DNA from: Candidatus Latescibacterota bacterium
Lineage (GTDB): Bacteria > Latescibacterota > UBA2968 > UBA8231
Assembly (NCBI GenBank): GCA_965248355.1
Contig: OZ252098.1
Location: forward strand, 4,160,001-4,224,000
Length of the DNA: 64,000 bases
Direction of reading: 5' to 3'
The notes under the pieces were generated by a model. The model did not search any database and was not told the origin of the DNA. It was given only the letters and a program-made list of their open reading frames with translations. Numbering within the stretch: the stretch's first letter is position 1; each line of letters opens with the position of its first letter. This document shows, piece by piece, positions 1 to 12,003 of the stretch. The translations under genes were made by a program, and so were the position numbers.

Positions 1-2
1 GC

Positions 3-938
3 TTCGCCGTCGGCGCGGAGGGCGAGCTGCCGAAGGACATGTTCCACCTGATGTTCTACGGCAACGAGTTCGATCGTCCCTACGACATCTCCGACTGGGA
101 CGGCTCCGGATGGGCCGTGGCGAGCCTGAACCTGTCGGGCGCCAGGCCGTGGCTTCCGCCGGAGCTGCAGCCCTTCCTGGGGGAGCTCTCCTTCGGCCTG
201 ACCCTCAAGCTCCTCGGGGGCGGCTACGGTGAGATCGTGGAGACCGGGGGCGTTCTCGAGGTCCTTCCCGTGGGTGCCGAGCTGGACGACCTGCAGGGAC
301 TGGCGCAGTTCGGGGGCGGCATCGGATTCGGCATCGACCTCGGCGTCGCCGCCGTCACCCGGGATCGCCGGACGACCTTCGGCCTCGGTGTGCTGAACCT
401 GCTCGACGCCATAAGCTGGAGCATCTCGGCGGAGCAGGACTCGTTCTACGCCTCCGCCAGGGGCCTCCGGGTGACCCGTCTCCTCGACGTGGAGAACCTC
501 TGGGACATCCTCGACAAGGCCGACCTGAACGGGGACGGCGTCGAGGAGCTGGTGGAGAGGGTCGGCACGGAGGGTTTCTGGCGCTCCCTGCCGGCCCAGG
601 TGCGCGTTGGTGTGGCCCATCGGCGGACCTCGCAGTTGACCCTGCTCGGGAACTACGACCAGGCCCTGACCGAAGGGTTCGGGATGACGACGGCGCCCAG
701 GGTCTCCCTCGGAGCCGAGTACCGGCTGGTCCGCTGGTTGCCGGCGCGGTCGGGTATCTCCCTGGGTGGGCGCAGCCCCAGCACCGGGGTCGGTTTCTCC
801 TTCGGGCCATTCACCATCCGGCGCACGGAGCTGGAGCTCTTCGACTTCGCCTACGCCACCCGGGGTGGCCTGGTGCCCGGCTCTTCCAAGGGCTCGGCCC
901 TGTCCCTCACGTTCTTCCGGTTCAGCCTCATTTCCTGA
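3..938 (+). CDS. Probable outer-membrane beta-barrel protein (DUF5723-like), 5'-truncated by window edge
   Basis: Frame is open from nt 3. Alternating Gly/aromatic beta-strand pattern (GFGIDLG, LGAEYR, FDFAY) with an aromatic-rich C-terminus. Confidence 0.5.
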   Translation, partial: FAVGAEGELPKDMFHLMFYGNEFDRPYDISDWDGSGWAVASLNLSGARPWLPPELQPFLGELSFGLTLKLLGGGYGEIVETGGVLEVLPVGAELDDLQGLAQFGGGIGFGIDLGVAAVTRDRRTTFGLGVLNLLDAISWSISAEQDSFYASARGLRVTRLLDVENLWDILDKADLNGDGVEELVERVGTEGFWRSLPAQVRVGVAHRRTSQLTLLGNYDQALTEGFGMTTAPRVSLGAEYRLVRWLPARSGISLGGRSPSTGVGFSFGPFTIRRTELELFDFAYATRGGLVPGSSKGSALSLTFFRFSLIS

Positions 939-1036
939 AGTCGCCGGCGCGTTGCCGGCCCGGTGAGCGTCCGCTACCTTGGGCCAAGGGCGCCGGAGCG
1001 CGTACCGGCCGGCCCCCGCGGAGCCAGGAGGATCGG

Positions 1037-1882
1037 ATGGGCAAGACCAGGAAGCAGGACCAGGGCGGCGGCAACGCCGTCGAGGGGGGCATCTACAAGA
1101 AGAGCGGCCGGTTGAAGGCCGGGTTCTACGAGCGCGAGCTGCTGCGGCTGCAGAACGAGCTCGTCAACCTTCAGTACTGGATCAAGGACCGCGACCTTCG
1201 GGTGGTGCTCCTCTTCGAAGGACGCGGGGGGGCCGGCAAGGGAGGGGCGATCCAGCGCATCACCGAGCCTCTCAACCCCCGGGGTTGCCGCGTCGTGGCC
1301 CTGGCCAAGCCCTCGGACCGCGAGCGCACCCAGTGGTACTTCCAGCGCTACATCTCCCACCTGCCGTCGGCGGGCGAGATCGTGATCTTCGACCGCAGTT
1401 GGTACAACCGGTCCGGCGTGGAGAAGGTCATGGGGTTCTGCACCGACAAGCAGTACCGCGAGTTCCTGCGCTCCTGCCCCGAGTTCGAGCGCATGCTCGT
1501 GCGCGACGGCATCACCCTGCTCAAGTACTGGTTCTCCGTGAGCTCCGAGGAGCAGGAGAAGCGCTTTCAGGCGCGCGCCACCGATCCCACGAAGCGTTGG
1601 AAGCTGAGCGACATCGACCTGGCCGAGCGCGACCGGTGGGTCGACTTTTCCCGGGCCAAGGACGAGACCTTCTTCTACACCGATATGGAGGAGGCGCCCT
1701 GGAGGGTGGTGCTCTCGGACGACAAGAAAAAGGCGCGGCTGAACTGCATCCGAGACATACTGAAAGCCATGCCCCACAAGGACATTACGCCACCCGACGT
1801 GGCCCTGCCGCCGCGGGCCGATCCGGAGCCGTACAAGCGTCCGCCGCGCGAGGAGCAGCACTTCGTGCCGGAGGAATACTGA
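1037..1882 (+). CDS. ppk2: Polyphosphate kinase 2
   Basis: FEGRGGAGKGG Walker A; QWYFQRY, FDRSWYNR, KRWKLS and DKKKARLN motifs; AGGAGG RBS. Confidence 0.95.
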   Translation: MGKTRKQDQGGGNAVEGGIYKKSGRLKAGFYERELLRLQNELVNLQYWIKDRDLRVVLLFEGRGGAGKGGAIQRITEPLNPRGCRVVALAKPSDRERTQWYFQRYISHLPSAGEIVIFDRSWYNRSGVEKVMGFCTDKQYREFLRSCPEFERMLVRDGITLLKYWFSVSSEEQEKRFQARATDPTKRWKLSDIDLAERDRWVDFSRAKDETFFYTDMEEAPWRVVLSDDKKKARLNCIRDILKAMPHKDITPPDVALPPRADPEPYKRPPREEQHFVPEEY

Positions 1883-2089
1883 CCGCCTCACCCCACGCTG
1901 GCAGGTCCCCTTGAACCCGCTGCCCCCACCCTGACCAAGCCGGGGCGCTCCGTCCTCGGTAGCTCGGCCACCTGGGCGAAGACAGCCCAAGCGGGACTCC
2001 GTTGGCTCACCACGGCCGAAGTGAGCCTGATCGGCACTACTCCAGTCCGATTTCCCCGGCAAACGTGCCGATCAGGCAGATTCTTGCCC

Positions 2090-2116
2090 GGGGTACGCCT
2101 TTTGCGGCAAAAGGCG
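2090..2116 (+). promoter_or_regulatory. Putative sigma54-like -24/-12 element overlapping a 21-bp palindrome upstream of clpB
   Basis: GG(2092-93)-N10-GC(2104-05) in GGGTACGCCTTTTGC; palindrome CGCCTTTTGC-G-GCAAAAGGCG at 2096-2116. Confidence 0.35.
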
Positions 2117-2159
2117 GGCAGGTAATGGAGCGACCCCGGTGACAGGTTGAAGCCAGGCC

Positions 2160-4131
<1,972 letters not shown>

Positions 4132-4136
4132 GCACC

Positions 4137-5573
4137 GTGAACAGAGCGATCTCGACGGCCGTTACGGCCGCCGTCTTGTGGTCCGCGCAGGCGTCCCCCG
4201 GGTCCGCGGCCGGGACCGAGGAGCTGCAGCGCCTCTCCAAGGCCTTCTCCGAGCTGGCCGAAGCCGTGAAGCCGGCGGTGGTGGCGGTGAAGACCGAAAA
4301 GGAGGTCCGCATGGAGTACGGGTCCCGCCGGGGCTCGCCCTTCGAGGACTTCTTCCGCGGCCACCCCTTCTTCCAGCAGCCCGAGGGGGGCCTGCAGAAG
4401 GGACTCGGGTCCGGGGTCATCGTCTCCGCCGACGGCCACATCCTCACCAACAACCACGTGATCACGAGCGGGCGGCGCCCCGGGGACTCCCCGGCCGACC
4501 GCATCCTGGTGGAACTGTCCGACGGGCGCACCTTCGAACCCCGTATCGTCGGCCGGGATCCGGGCACGGATCTGGCCGTGCTGAAGATCGAAGCGGAGGA
4601 GGACCTGCCCTTCCTCGTCTTCGGGGACTCGGACCAGCTCGACGTGGGCGAGTGGGTGGTGGCCGTTGGCAACCCCTTCGGTCAGCTCCACACGGTGACT
4701 TCCGGGATCGTCAGCGCCCTCGGCCGCAGCGCCCGGATGTCCCAGTACGAGGACTACATCCAGACCGACGCGGCGATCAACCCGGGCAACTCCGGCGGGG
4801 CCCTGATCGACCTGGGCGGCGAGCTGGTGGGCATCAACACGGCCATCGCCTCGCGCTCCGGCGGCTACCAGGGGATCGGTTTCGCCATCCCCGTGAACCT
4901 GGCCCGCAAGATCATGGGCCAGCTCGTCGAGCACGGGCAGGTCCGCCGCGGGATGCTCGGCATCTACATGGACGAGATCGACTCGGACATGTCGGCCACT
5001 CTCGACCTGGATGCGCCCAAGGGCGTGCTCGTGGCCGAAGTCATGGAGGACACGCCCGCCGAGGAAGCGGGTCTGAAGACCTACGACGTGATTCTGGCCG
5101 TCGACGACACCCGCACCGACGGTCCGGCGGCGCTGAGGAACTACATCGCCCACCAGCCGCCCGGCACCGAGGTCGAGCTCACCGTGCTGCGCGATGGCCG
5201 CGAACGCAAGGTCACGGCCGAGCTCGCCCCGCTCGACGAGGAGCTGCTCGCCGCGGCCCCGGAGCCTCCGGAGGAAGGGAAGCTGGGCATGGCCGTGAAG
5301 GACCTCACCCCGGAGTTCGCCGCACGTCTCGGGTTGGAGGAGGAAGAGGAGAGCGGGGTGCTCATCTCCGAGGTGCAGCGGGGCTCGCCGGCGGCCCGGG
5401 CCGGTCTGCGTCCGGGAGACCTGATCATCGAGATCGACCGGGAGCCGGTGGACGGCGTGCGCGAGTACCAGGAGGCCATCGCAAAGGCCGACGGCCGCGC
5501 CCTGCTGCTCATCCGCAGGAACATCCGCGGGCGCCTGCAGAGCGACATCGTCGCCCTGAGGATTCCCGACTAG
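4137..5573 (+). CDS. degP: DegP/HtrA (Do family) periplasmic serine protease with two PDZ domains
   Basis: Signal peptide; TNNHV, DLAVLK and QTDAAINPGNSGG motifs; two PDZ-like repeats. GTG start chosen from the RBS. Confidence 0.9.
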   Translation: MNRAISTAVTAAVLWSAQASPGSAAGTEELQRLSKAFSELAEAVKPAVVAVKTEKEVRMEYGSRRGSPFEDFFRGHPFFQQPEGGLQKGLGSGVIVSADGHILTNNHVITSGRRPGDSPADRILVELSDGRTFEPRIVGRDPGTDLAVLKIEAEEDLPFLVFGDSDQLDVGEWVVAVGNPFGQLHTVTSGIVSALGRSARMSQYEDYIQTDAAINPGNSGGALIDLGGELVGINTAIASRSGGYQGIGFAIPVNLARKIMGQLVEHGQVRRGMLGIYMDEIDSDMSATLDLDAPKGVLVAEVMEDTPAEEAGLKTYDVILAVDDTRTDGPAALRNYIAHQPPGTEVELTVLRDGRERKVTAELAPLDEELLAAAPEPPEEGKLGMAVKDLTPEFAARLGLEEEEESGVLISEVQRGSPAARAGLRPGDLIIEIDREPVDGVREYQEAIAKADGRALLLIRRNIRGRLQSDIVALRIPD

Positions 5574-5634
5574 ACGCTTCCCGGAGCGCGGACGGCCGCT
5601 TGACGGCGGCGACGGCAATCCCGTTCTACCGTCC

Positions 5635-7767
5635 GTGAGTCATCGACCCATCCGACATGGTCCAGGCTGCGGTGCGCTCCTGCTCCGCCGCAGCCTGGTC
5701 CTCGAGGGACCCTGCCGCGGCGGACGGCTGCGGGTGGCCGCCAACGCACCCGTGCAGCTCTACGTGGACGGCCTGCGGGTCGGCGGCGCCCCCGGCGGGG
5801 CGATCGCCGAGCGCCCTCTGTGGCAGCCCCTCGTTCTGCAGGGCGTTCTGGAGGCGGGTCACCACGAGTTGCTCGCCGTCGTGGGAGCGTCCCCCGACCG
5901 CCGGCCCTCCTGGTTCGCCTGCGACGGCCGCCTGGAGGCCGGCGCCGGAGGTTTCGACCACCCGGTCGTATCGGACCTCCGCTGGCAGGCGTTCCCCCTG
6001 CCCCCGGCCGCCGCGTACCCGCGAGCCTCCGAGCGCTACTCGGCCGCGGAGGATCGTCCTCTCGAGGAAGAAGACTGGGAGGGAGTCGAGACGGCCCCGG
6101 GGATCGAGGTCGTCGACGAGGCCCCGCAGACCGAGGAACGGCTGGTGGCCGCGCGCCGGTTCGCGGCCTTCGAGGAGACCCGCCCCGGTGGCGATCTCTC
6201 CTTCGCTCCCGAGTCCGTAGGGCCCGGGCGCAGCAAGTGCGTGCACCGGGACGGATTGCTCGCCCTGTCGGGGGCGACCTCGGTGCTCACCGGCCAGGAG
6301 CGGGGCATCTCCTTCGTCCTCGACTTCGGACGCGTCGTCACCGGCTATCCCTGCCTGCGCCTGCGGGAGGGGTGGGGCGGCGTGATCGAGGCCGGCGCGG
6401 CGGCCGCCTGGGGCCGCGTCGACCACGAGTTGCGCTACGTCTGCGGCTCCGGCCGGCAGGATTGGTACGGGTTGTCCCCGGTGCGTTGCCGCTATCTCGT
6501 CGTGCGCCTGAGCCGTTTCGAGGAAGAGGTCCGGATCGAGCGCCTGGCCATGGCCGAGCGTTTCGTGCCGGCCGGCGGCGAAGCCGGGCTTTCGGCCGGC
6601 GCTGGCCACGACCTGGCCTGGGAGGCGGGCCTCCCCTCCCTCCAGGGCAGCCGGCTCGACGCCTATCTCACCCATCCGCCGCCATCGACCTGCGACTGGT
6701 GGGGCACGCGGGCCCTGTTGCTGGCCGACGCCGTGCGAACCGGCCACCTGGCCGCCGGCCGGGCTACGCTGGTGGGGCGGGCCCCCGACCCGGGCCGCCC
6801 GGGGCCGGAGGACCGCCCCTTCCCGGTCTGTCTCGAGGCCTATCACGACTACTCGGGGGACGCGGACACCCTGGGGCGGCTGCTGCCGGCGGCCTTGGAG
6901 GTGGCTCTGCGGGAGTCCGATGCCGACGCCGTCTCCTTGGCCACGGCCGCAGGGGCCGCAGAGGCCACGGCCCGTCTGTGCCGGTGGGCGGGTCGGGACT
7001 CGGACGCCGAGCGCTGCCATGCGGCCGAGGCGGCCGCCCGGGAAGGTCTGGAGCCGCTGTGGCGGCCGGAACAGGGCCTCTACGCCGACGCCGCCGGGGG
7101 CGGCTGCAGCCAGCGCGCGAACGGTCTGATCCTGGCGGCGGGCGCCGCCCCCGGAGTCCGTGTCGGGCCGATGGCCGCGGGCCTGCGCGGCCACGGGGTG
7201 GCGCCGGTGGCCGATCTGACGGAGGCGGTCCTGCTGGCCGAGGGGCTCTGGCGCTCCGGGCAGGGTGCGCGTGCCCTGGAGGCGATCGACACCTGGTGGC
7301 TGCGGATCGTGGGACGGGATGGTCCTGCCTGGCGCGACAAGCGGGGGCCCGAGGCGTCGGCGGCCGCCCCCGGTCCCGACTACCTGCTGGGCCGGTTCCT
7401 CCTCGGTATCTCACCGTCGGAGCCGGGCTTCGCGAGCCGAAGGGTGGAGCCCGCCCTGTCCCTGGCCGACAGCGCCCGGGGCCGTCTGCCGACGCCGGGG
7501 GGAGATCTGTCCCTCGAGTGGCGCACCGCCGAGGTGGACGGCGTGGTGCGCACGACGGTGCGGCTCGCGGCGGCGGCCCCCGGGGAGACGGCCCTGGTCC
7601 TGGATCGCGGGGGACGCCGCCGGCCGACGCTGAGCGTCAACGGCGAGGAGGTCTGGCGCAACGAGAAGATCCACCTGAACGCGAGCGTCCGGGAGATCGC
7701 CGCCGAGCCCGGGGCGGTGGTCCTCATCTTCCATGGACAGGGCGACTGGGAGGTGATTCTGGAATGA
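5635..7767 (+). CDS. Divergent alpha-L-rhamnosidase (GH78)-like protein
   Basis: LYVDG..G, LDFGRVVTGYP, SQRANGL and GRLPTPGGDLSLEW motifs in the GH78 domain order; the catalytic region is degenerate. Confidence 0.55.
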   Translation: MSHRPIRHGPGCGALLLRRSLVLEGPCRGGRLRVAANAPVQLYVDGLRVGGAPGGAIAERPLWQPLVLQGVLEAGHHELLAVVGASPDRRPSWFACDGRLEAGAGGFDHPVVSDLRWQAFPLPPAAAYPRASERYSAAEDRPLEEEDWEGVETAPGIEVVDEAPQTEERLVAARRFAAFEETRPGGDLSFAPESVGPGRSKCVHRDGLLALSGATSVLTGQERGISFVLDFGRVVTGYPCLRLREGWGGVIEAGAAAAWGRVDHELRYVCGSGRQDWYGLSPVRCRYLVVRLSRFEEEVRIERLAMAERFVPAGGEAGLSAGAGHDLAWEAGLPSLQGSRLDAYLTHPPPSTCDWWGTRALLLADAVRTGHLAAGRATLVGRAPDPGRPGPEDRPFPVCLEAYHDYSGDADTLGRLLPAALEVALRESDADAVSLATAAGAAEATARLCRWAGRDSDAERCHAAEAAAREGLEPLWRPEQGLYADAAGGGCSQRANGLILAAGAAPGVRVGPMAAGLRGHGVAPVADLTEAVLLAEGLWRSGQGARALEAIDTWWLRIVGRDGPAWRDKRGPEASAAAPGPDYLLGRFLLGISPSEPGFASRRVEPALSLADSARGRLPTPGGDLSLEWRTAEVDGVVRTTVRLAAAAPGETALVLDRGGRRRPTLSVNGEEVWRNEKIHLNASVREIAAEPGAVVLIFHGQGDWEVILE

Positions 7768-8444
7768 GTGAGCCGGCCCCCCTGCACACGGCCGTGAGGG
7801 AACCGCGGATGGCCGGATCCGGTGCGCCGCCGCTGCTGGTGATGCTCCACGGGTACGGCAGTGACGAGGCCGATCTGCTCGGTCTGACCGACTTTCTCGA
7901 TCCCCGGCTGCGCGTCCTCAGCTTTCGCGCCCCGATTCCCCTGGACATGGGCGGCTACGCCTGGTTTCCCCTCGAGATCACCGCGGTGGGCCTGGCCGCC
8001 GACTACGAGGCGGCCGAACGCTCCCTGGCCCGGCTGGGACGGCACCTCGACGCTGTGCAGGGCGAGCAAGGCGAGGGCGCCGGGGACACCTTCGTGCTCG
8101 GCTTCAGCCAGGGCGGCGCCATGGCCCTCGAGCTGCTGCTGGCGCGGCCCTCGACGGTCTCCGGAGTCGCCTTTCTCAGCGGCCTCTGGTCGAAGAAGCG
8201 GATGCCGCAGGATCCGGCGAGGAGGGCCGCGGTGAAGGGCAGGCCCGTGTTGCAGACCCATGGCGCCGGCGACCCGCTGATCCCCCTCGCCGAGGCGCGT
8301 GCGTCGCGGGCCCTGCTCGAGGAGCTCGAGGTCGACCTCACCTACCGCGAGTACGACATGGGCCACCAGATCGACAAAGCCTGCCTGCGCGACCTGATCG
8401 CCTGGGTCGGAGATCGGGTAGAAGCCTCCGCTTCCGGCGCCTAG
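7764..8444 (+). CDS. Phospholipase/carboxylesterase (alpha/beta hydrolase)
   Basis: LHGYGS, GFSQGG nucleophile elbow, HGAGDPLI, MGH; ATGA overlap with the upstream gene. Confidence 0.9.
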   Translation: MSEPAPLHTAVREPRMAGSGAPPLLVMLHGYGSDEADLLGLTDFLDPRLRVLSFRAPIPLDMGGYAWFPLEITAVGLAADYEAAERSLARLGRHLDAVQGEQGEGAGDTFVLGFSQGGAMALELLLARPSTVSGVAFLSGLWSKKRMPQDPARRAAVKGRPVLQTHGAGDPLIPLAEARASRALLEELEVDLTYREYDMGHQIDKACLRDLIAWVGDRVEASASGA

Positions 8445-8456
8445 TCCCTTCCTGGC

Positions 8457-9506
8457 TCAGCCGCCGTCGTCGTTCGCCCAGCCCGAGGCCTCGGCGCGCA
8501 CGATCTCCGCCATGGCGTCGAGCCAGCGCGGGTGGTCGTTCAGGCACGGAGCCAGGTGCAGGGACCGCCCGCCCGCCTCCCGGAAGATCTCCCTTCCCTC
8601 GTTGCCGATCTCGTCGAGCGTCTCCAGACAGTCGGCGGTGAATCCGGGGCAGGCGGCCAGCAGGCGGCCGGCCCCCCGCGCGGGCAGCTCGCCGAGGAGG
8701 TCCTCGGTGTACGGCTGCAGCCACTCCTCCTTGCCGAAGCGCGACTGGAAGCCCAGCGCCCACTGCTCCGGAGCCAGTCCGAGGCTCGCGGCCAGCAGGC
8801 GCGCCGTCTCCCCGCAATGGTCCCGGTAGGGATCGCCCTCCTCCACGTAGCGCAGGGGGATGCCGTGGAAGGTGATCAGGTAGCGGTCGGGCGGGGTGTC
8901 GAGCTGCGCCGCCTGCTCCTCGAGGATCGCCCGCAGGCTGTCGATGTAGGCCGGGTGGTCGTAGTACGGAGGCACGAAGCGCAGCGTGGGCATGCGGCGC
9001 CTGCGGTCGAAGAACCAGGTGCAGCGGCGGCCGAAGGCGGCGCGGGTCACGGCGTCGTAGATCGAGCCGGTGGTGGAGCAGGAGAACTGGGGGAACATGG
9101 GCAGGACGAGGATGCGCTCGATGCCCTCGCCGGTGAGGGCGGCCATGGCCGACTCGAGACTGGGCTCGCCGTAGCGCATGCCCAGGACGACGCGGTAGGC
9201 CGGGCCCAGCCTCTCCCGCAGGCCGCGCTCCTGGGCCCGCGAGTGGACCATCAGCGGCGAGCCCCGGTCGGTCCAGATGCGGCGGTAGAGGCGGGCCGAG
9301 CGCGCCGGCCGCCGGGTGAGGACGAAGAGATGGAGGATGGGCCACCACTTCCAGGGGCTCAGGTCGATGACCCGGCGGTCGCCGAGGAACTGGCGCAGGT
9401 AGGGTCTCAGGGCCCGCGCCTCGGGGGCGGCGGGCGTGCCCAGCTGGGCCATCAGCACGCCCACCGGGGGGGTCGGCGCGGAGGCTGGCGCGGGGGGCTC
9501 CGTCAT
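8457..9506 (-). CDS. hemH: Ferrochelatase
   Basis: QLGTP, LGDRRVI, GMRYGEP, FHGIP, FQSRFG..WLQPYT, DCLETLDEI and PCLND motifs. Confidence 0.95.
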   Translation of the reverse strand: MTEPPAPASAPTPPVGVLMAQLGTPAAPEARALRPYLRQFLGDRRVIDLSPWKWWPILHLFVLTRRPARSARLYRRIWTDRGSPLMVHSRAQERGLRERLGPAYRVVLGMRYGEPSLESAMAALTGEGIERILVLPMFPQFSCSTTGSIYDAVTRAAFGRRCTWFFDRRRRMPTLRFVPPYYDHPAYIDSLRAILEEQAAQLDTPPDRYLITFHGIPLRYVEEGDPYRDHCGETARLLAASLGLAPEQWALGFQSRFGKEEWLQPYTEDLLGELPARGAGRLLAACPGFTADCLETLDEIGNEGREIFREAGGRSLHLAPCLNDHPRWLDAMAEIVRAEASGWANDDGG

Positions 9507-9590
9507 TCTCGTGTGGTGGCCGGCCGTGGAGGGGCTGACTAATATACCGCCGCATCGTCGCGGCGGTTGCAATCAGCGAAAGGACACCGG

Positions 9591-10310
9591 ATGCGTTGCG
9601 TCTTCGTCGGCATCGAGTACGCCGGCAAGTCGACCCTGATCGACCTGCTCATCGAATACTATCGCCATCGCAGTCAGCGCGTCCACGTGGACGACCACTT
9701 CACCATTCCCGACTCCACTCTCAGTCCCGAGTCGCGGGCCCTGTACGTCGACTTCCCCGACGACGTCAAGGAGCGCATGCAGCGCATGCAGCTCCAGTAC
9801 CACGTGGAGGTCATCAAGAACTACGACCACGTGATGATCAGCGGCTGGCACATGGAGGAGTCCATCTACTCGGCCTTCTACGGGGAAGATCCCGGGCACC
9901 CGTACTACCCTCGCTACGCCCGGAGTCATCACCGGCTCTACGAGGTCCAGGTGCTGGAGGCGCGGCTGCCCGACCTGGCCCTGATCCACGTGACCGCCTC
10001 GGACGAGGCCATCCGCGAGCGCATGGAGTCGGACCCGCACGAGTACCAGATCATCCGGCCGCCGGACGTGGCCGAGTTGAAGGCGAGGTTCACGGAAGAG
10101 GTGGCCGACTCCCTGTTCACCCACAAGCACCGGCTCATCGAGCTGGACACCACGGACCGGAGCCCCGCCGAGTCCCTCGACGAGCTGCTGCTCGAGTCGG
10201 AGCCGCTGATCACCCAGGGCGAGCTGGCCTTGAGGAGCCTGCCGGTCCCGGAGAGCGAGTACGACGTGGTCTACGAGAACGGCGTGCGGCGCACGGTGCC
10301 CAGGACCTGA
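9591..10310 (+). CDS. P-loop nucleotide-kinase-like protein
   Basis: N-terminal Walker A GIEYAGKST, followed by a HVTASDEAIRERM lid-like segment and LDTT. Confidence 0.6.
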   Translation: MRCVFVGIEYAGKSTLIDLLIEYYRHRSQRVHVDDHFTIPDSTLSPESRALYVDFPDDVKERMQRMQLQYHVEVIKNYDHVMISGWHMEESIYSAFYGEDPGHPYYPRYARSHHRLYEVQVLEARLPDLALIHVTASDEAIRERMESDPHEYQIIRPPDVAELKARFTEEVADSLFTHKHRLIELDTTDRSPAESLDELLLESEPLITQGELALRSLPVPESEYDVVYENGVRRTVPRT

Positions 10311-10381
10311 ACGGAGTGCCCGGCCGGCTACCGTTCCCGGCGGCCGGACCGTTCCTCAAACCCCTCCCTCGGGCAGAACCC

Positions 10382-10846
10382 ATGTGCGGACCCCGGTCTT
10401 CGGCGGGCATCTCCCGGCGGCTGGTCAACGCCCTCCTGGGCGCGGGCCTCGCGGGGGTGGTGAGCGGCTTCGCCGGAGCCGTCCTGGCCTACCTGTGGCC
10501 GTCCGGCCGCGCCGGCGGCGGCACTGACCTCCTCGTCGATGCCTCGGGTCCGGTCGATCCCGCCGGGATCGGACCCGGCGAGAGCGTCGTCGGCCGCTGC
10601 CGCGCCGGCAAGGTGCTGGTGATCCGCGGGGAGGAAGAGCTCGTCGGCCTCAGCGCCACCTGCACCCACCTCGGCTGCACGGTGATCTGGAACGCCGCCT
10701 CGCGGCAGGTCGAGTGTCCCTGTCACGGCGCCGCCTTCGACCTGCGAGGGCAGGTGCTGGGCGGGCCCGCCCGCGCGCCCCTGGCCGTCATGGAGGTGAC
10801 CGTCGAGCAGGGAGCGATCCAGGTGCGGCCCACGGCCGGGGGCTGA
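10382..10846 (+). CDS. Rieske [2Fe-2S] subunit of a bc-type complex
   Basis: SRR plus a transmembrane helix; CTHLGC and CPCHG boxes; GGPARAPL. Confidence 0.92.
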   Translation: MCGPRSSAGISRRLVNALLGAGLAGVVSGFAGAVLAYLWPSGRAGGGTDLLVDASGPVDPAGIGPGESVVGRCRAGKVLVIRGEEELVGLSATCTHLGCTVIWNAASRQVECPCHGAAFDLRGQVLGGPARAPLAVMEVTVEQGAIQVRPTAGG

Positions 10847-12003
10847 TGCCGCTGCGGTCGCGCCTGCGGCTCTGGATCGACGAGCGCCTGCCCGTCTCCG
10901 GCGCCGCCGCGGCGGTGCGCCGGAACCTGCGCCGGCCGCTCCCGGGACATGTGAACTGGCTCCACACCCTCGGCGCCGCCCTGGTCCTGCTGCTCCTGGT
11001 GCAGGCCGTGACCGGCGTCCTGCTGATGGTGTACTACAAGCCGTCGGCGCAGGAGGCCTTCGCCAGCGTCGAGAGGATCGTCTCCGACCTCCGCCTGGGC
11101 TGGCTCTTCCGGTCCGTCCACGTCTGGGGATCCCACCTCATCCTCCTTCTGGTGCTGGCCCACCTGTTCCGCGTCTTCCTCTACGGCGGCTACAAGCGCC
11201 CCCGCGAGCCGACCTGGATCGTCGGCGCCGCCCTGCTGGCGGTGGTCCTCGCCTTCGGTTTCACCGGATACGTGCTGCCCTGGGACCAGGTCGCCTACTG
11301 GGGCACCGTGATCGCCACCGAGGCGCCCGCCTCGATACCGGGGGCGGGCCCGGTGATGCGCGGGCTCCTCATCGGCGGCGGCGAGGTCGGCGATCCGACC
11401 CTGGGCCGGTTCTACGTCATCCACGTGCTCCTGCTGCCCCTGGCCCTGCTCGGCCTGGTGGGCGTGCACCTTTTCCTCGTCCGCTGGCAGGGGTTCTCCT
11501 CCCTGCGGCGCACCGATGAGCGGGAGCCCGAGGAAGAGGGCGGTGTCCCCTACTTCCCCCACCACTTTCTGAAGGAAGGGGCCGCCACGTACGTCGCCCT
11601 CGGCGTGCTGCTCTCCCTGGCCCTGCTGTGGCCGGCGGGCCTCGGAGAGCCGGCCGATCCCCTGAGCACGCCGGCCGGCATCAAGCCGGAGTGGTACTTC
11701 CTGCCGGCCTACCAGCTGATGAAGTACGTCCCGGGGCCCGCGGGGGTGATCCTGCCGGCCCTGGCGTTCCTGGCGCTGCTGGCCCTGCCGCTGGTCGACA
11801 CCTCTCCCGAGCGCCATCCCGGCCGCCGCCGGCGGGTCGTGGCCGGCTGGCTGGCCGTCTGGGCGGTCATCGGCGGCCTGGGGGTCCTCGGGCATCTGTC
11901 CGAATCGACCCGAACGATCTTCGGCAGGACCTGCCACTTCGACGTGATGGGTTGGCCGCGGCAGGTCGCCCCGCCGCAGGCGCAAGCGGAGGGCGGCGGG
12001 TGA
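10846..12003 (+). CDS. Cytochrome b subunit of a bc-type complex
   Basis: Heme-ligand His pairs; GFTGYVLPWDQVAYWG, GRFYVIH and PEWY motifs. Confidence 0.93.
   Translation: MPLRSRLRLWIDERLPVSGAAAAVRRNLRRPLPGHVNWLHTLGAALVLLLLVQAVTGVLLMVYYKPSAQEAFASVERIVSDLRLGWLFRSVHVWGSHLILLLVLAHLFRVFLYGGYKRPREPTWIVGAALLAVVLAFGFTGYVLPWDQVAYWGTVIATEAPASIPGAGPVMRGLLIGGGEVGDPTLGRFYVIHVLLLPLALLGLVGVHLFLVRWQGFSSLRRTDEREPEEEGGVPYFPHHFLKEGAATYVALGVLLSLALLWPAGLGEPADPLSTPAGIKPEWYFLPAYQLMKYVPGPAGVILPALAFLALLALPLVDTSPERHPGRRRRVVAGWLAVWAVIGGLGVLGHLSESTRTIFGRTCHFDVMGWPRQVAPPQAQAEGGG

Noticed and set aside
1883..2090. Possible small RNA or gene remnant between ppk2 and clpB
   Set aside because: No recognisable motif, convincing ORF or supported structure.
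8457..9506. Link between hemH and the GSA-aminomutase-like remnant as a heme pathway
   Set aside because: They are about 41 kb apart, and the remnant lacks its catalytic region; nothing in the sequence ties it to heme synthesis.
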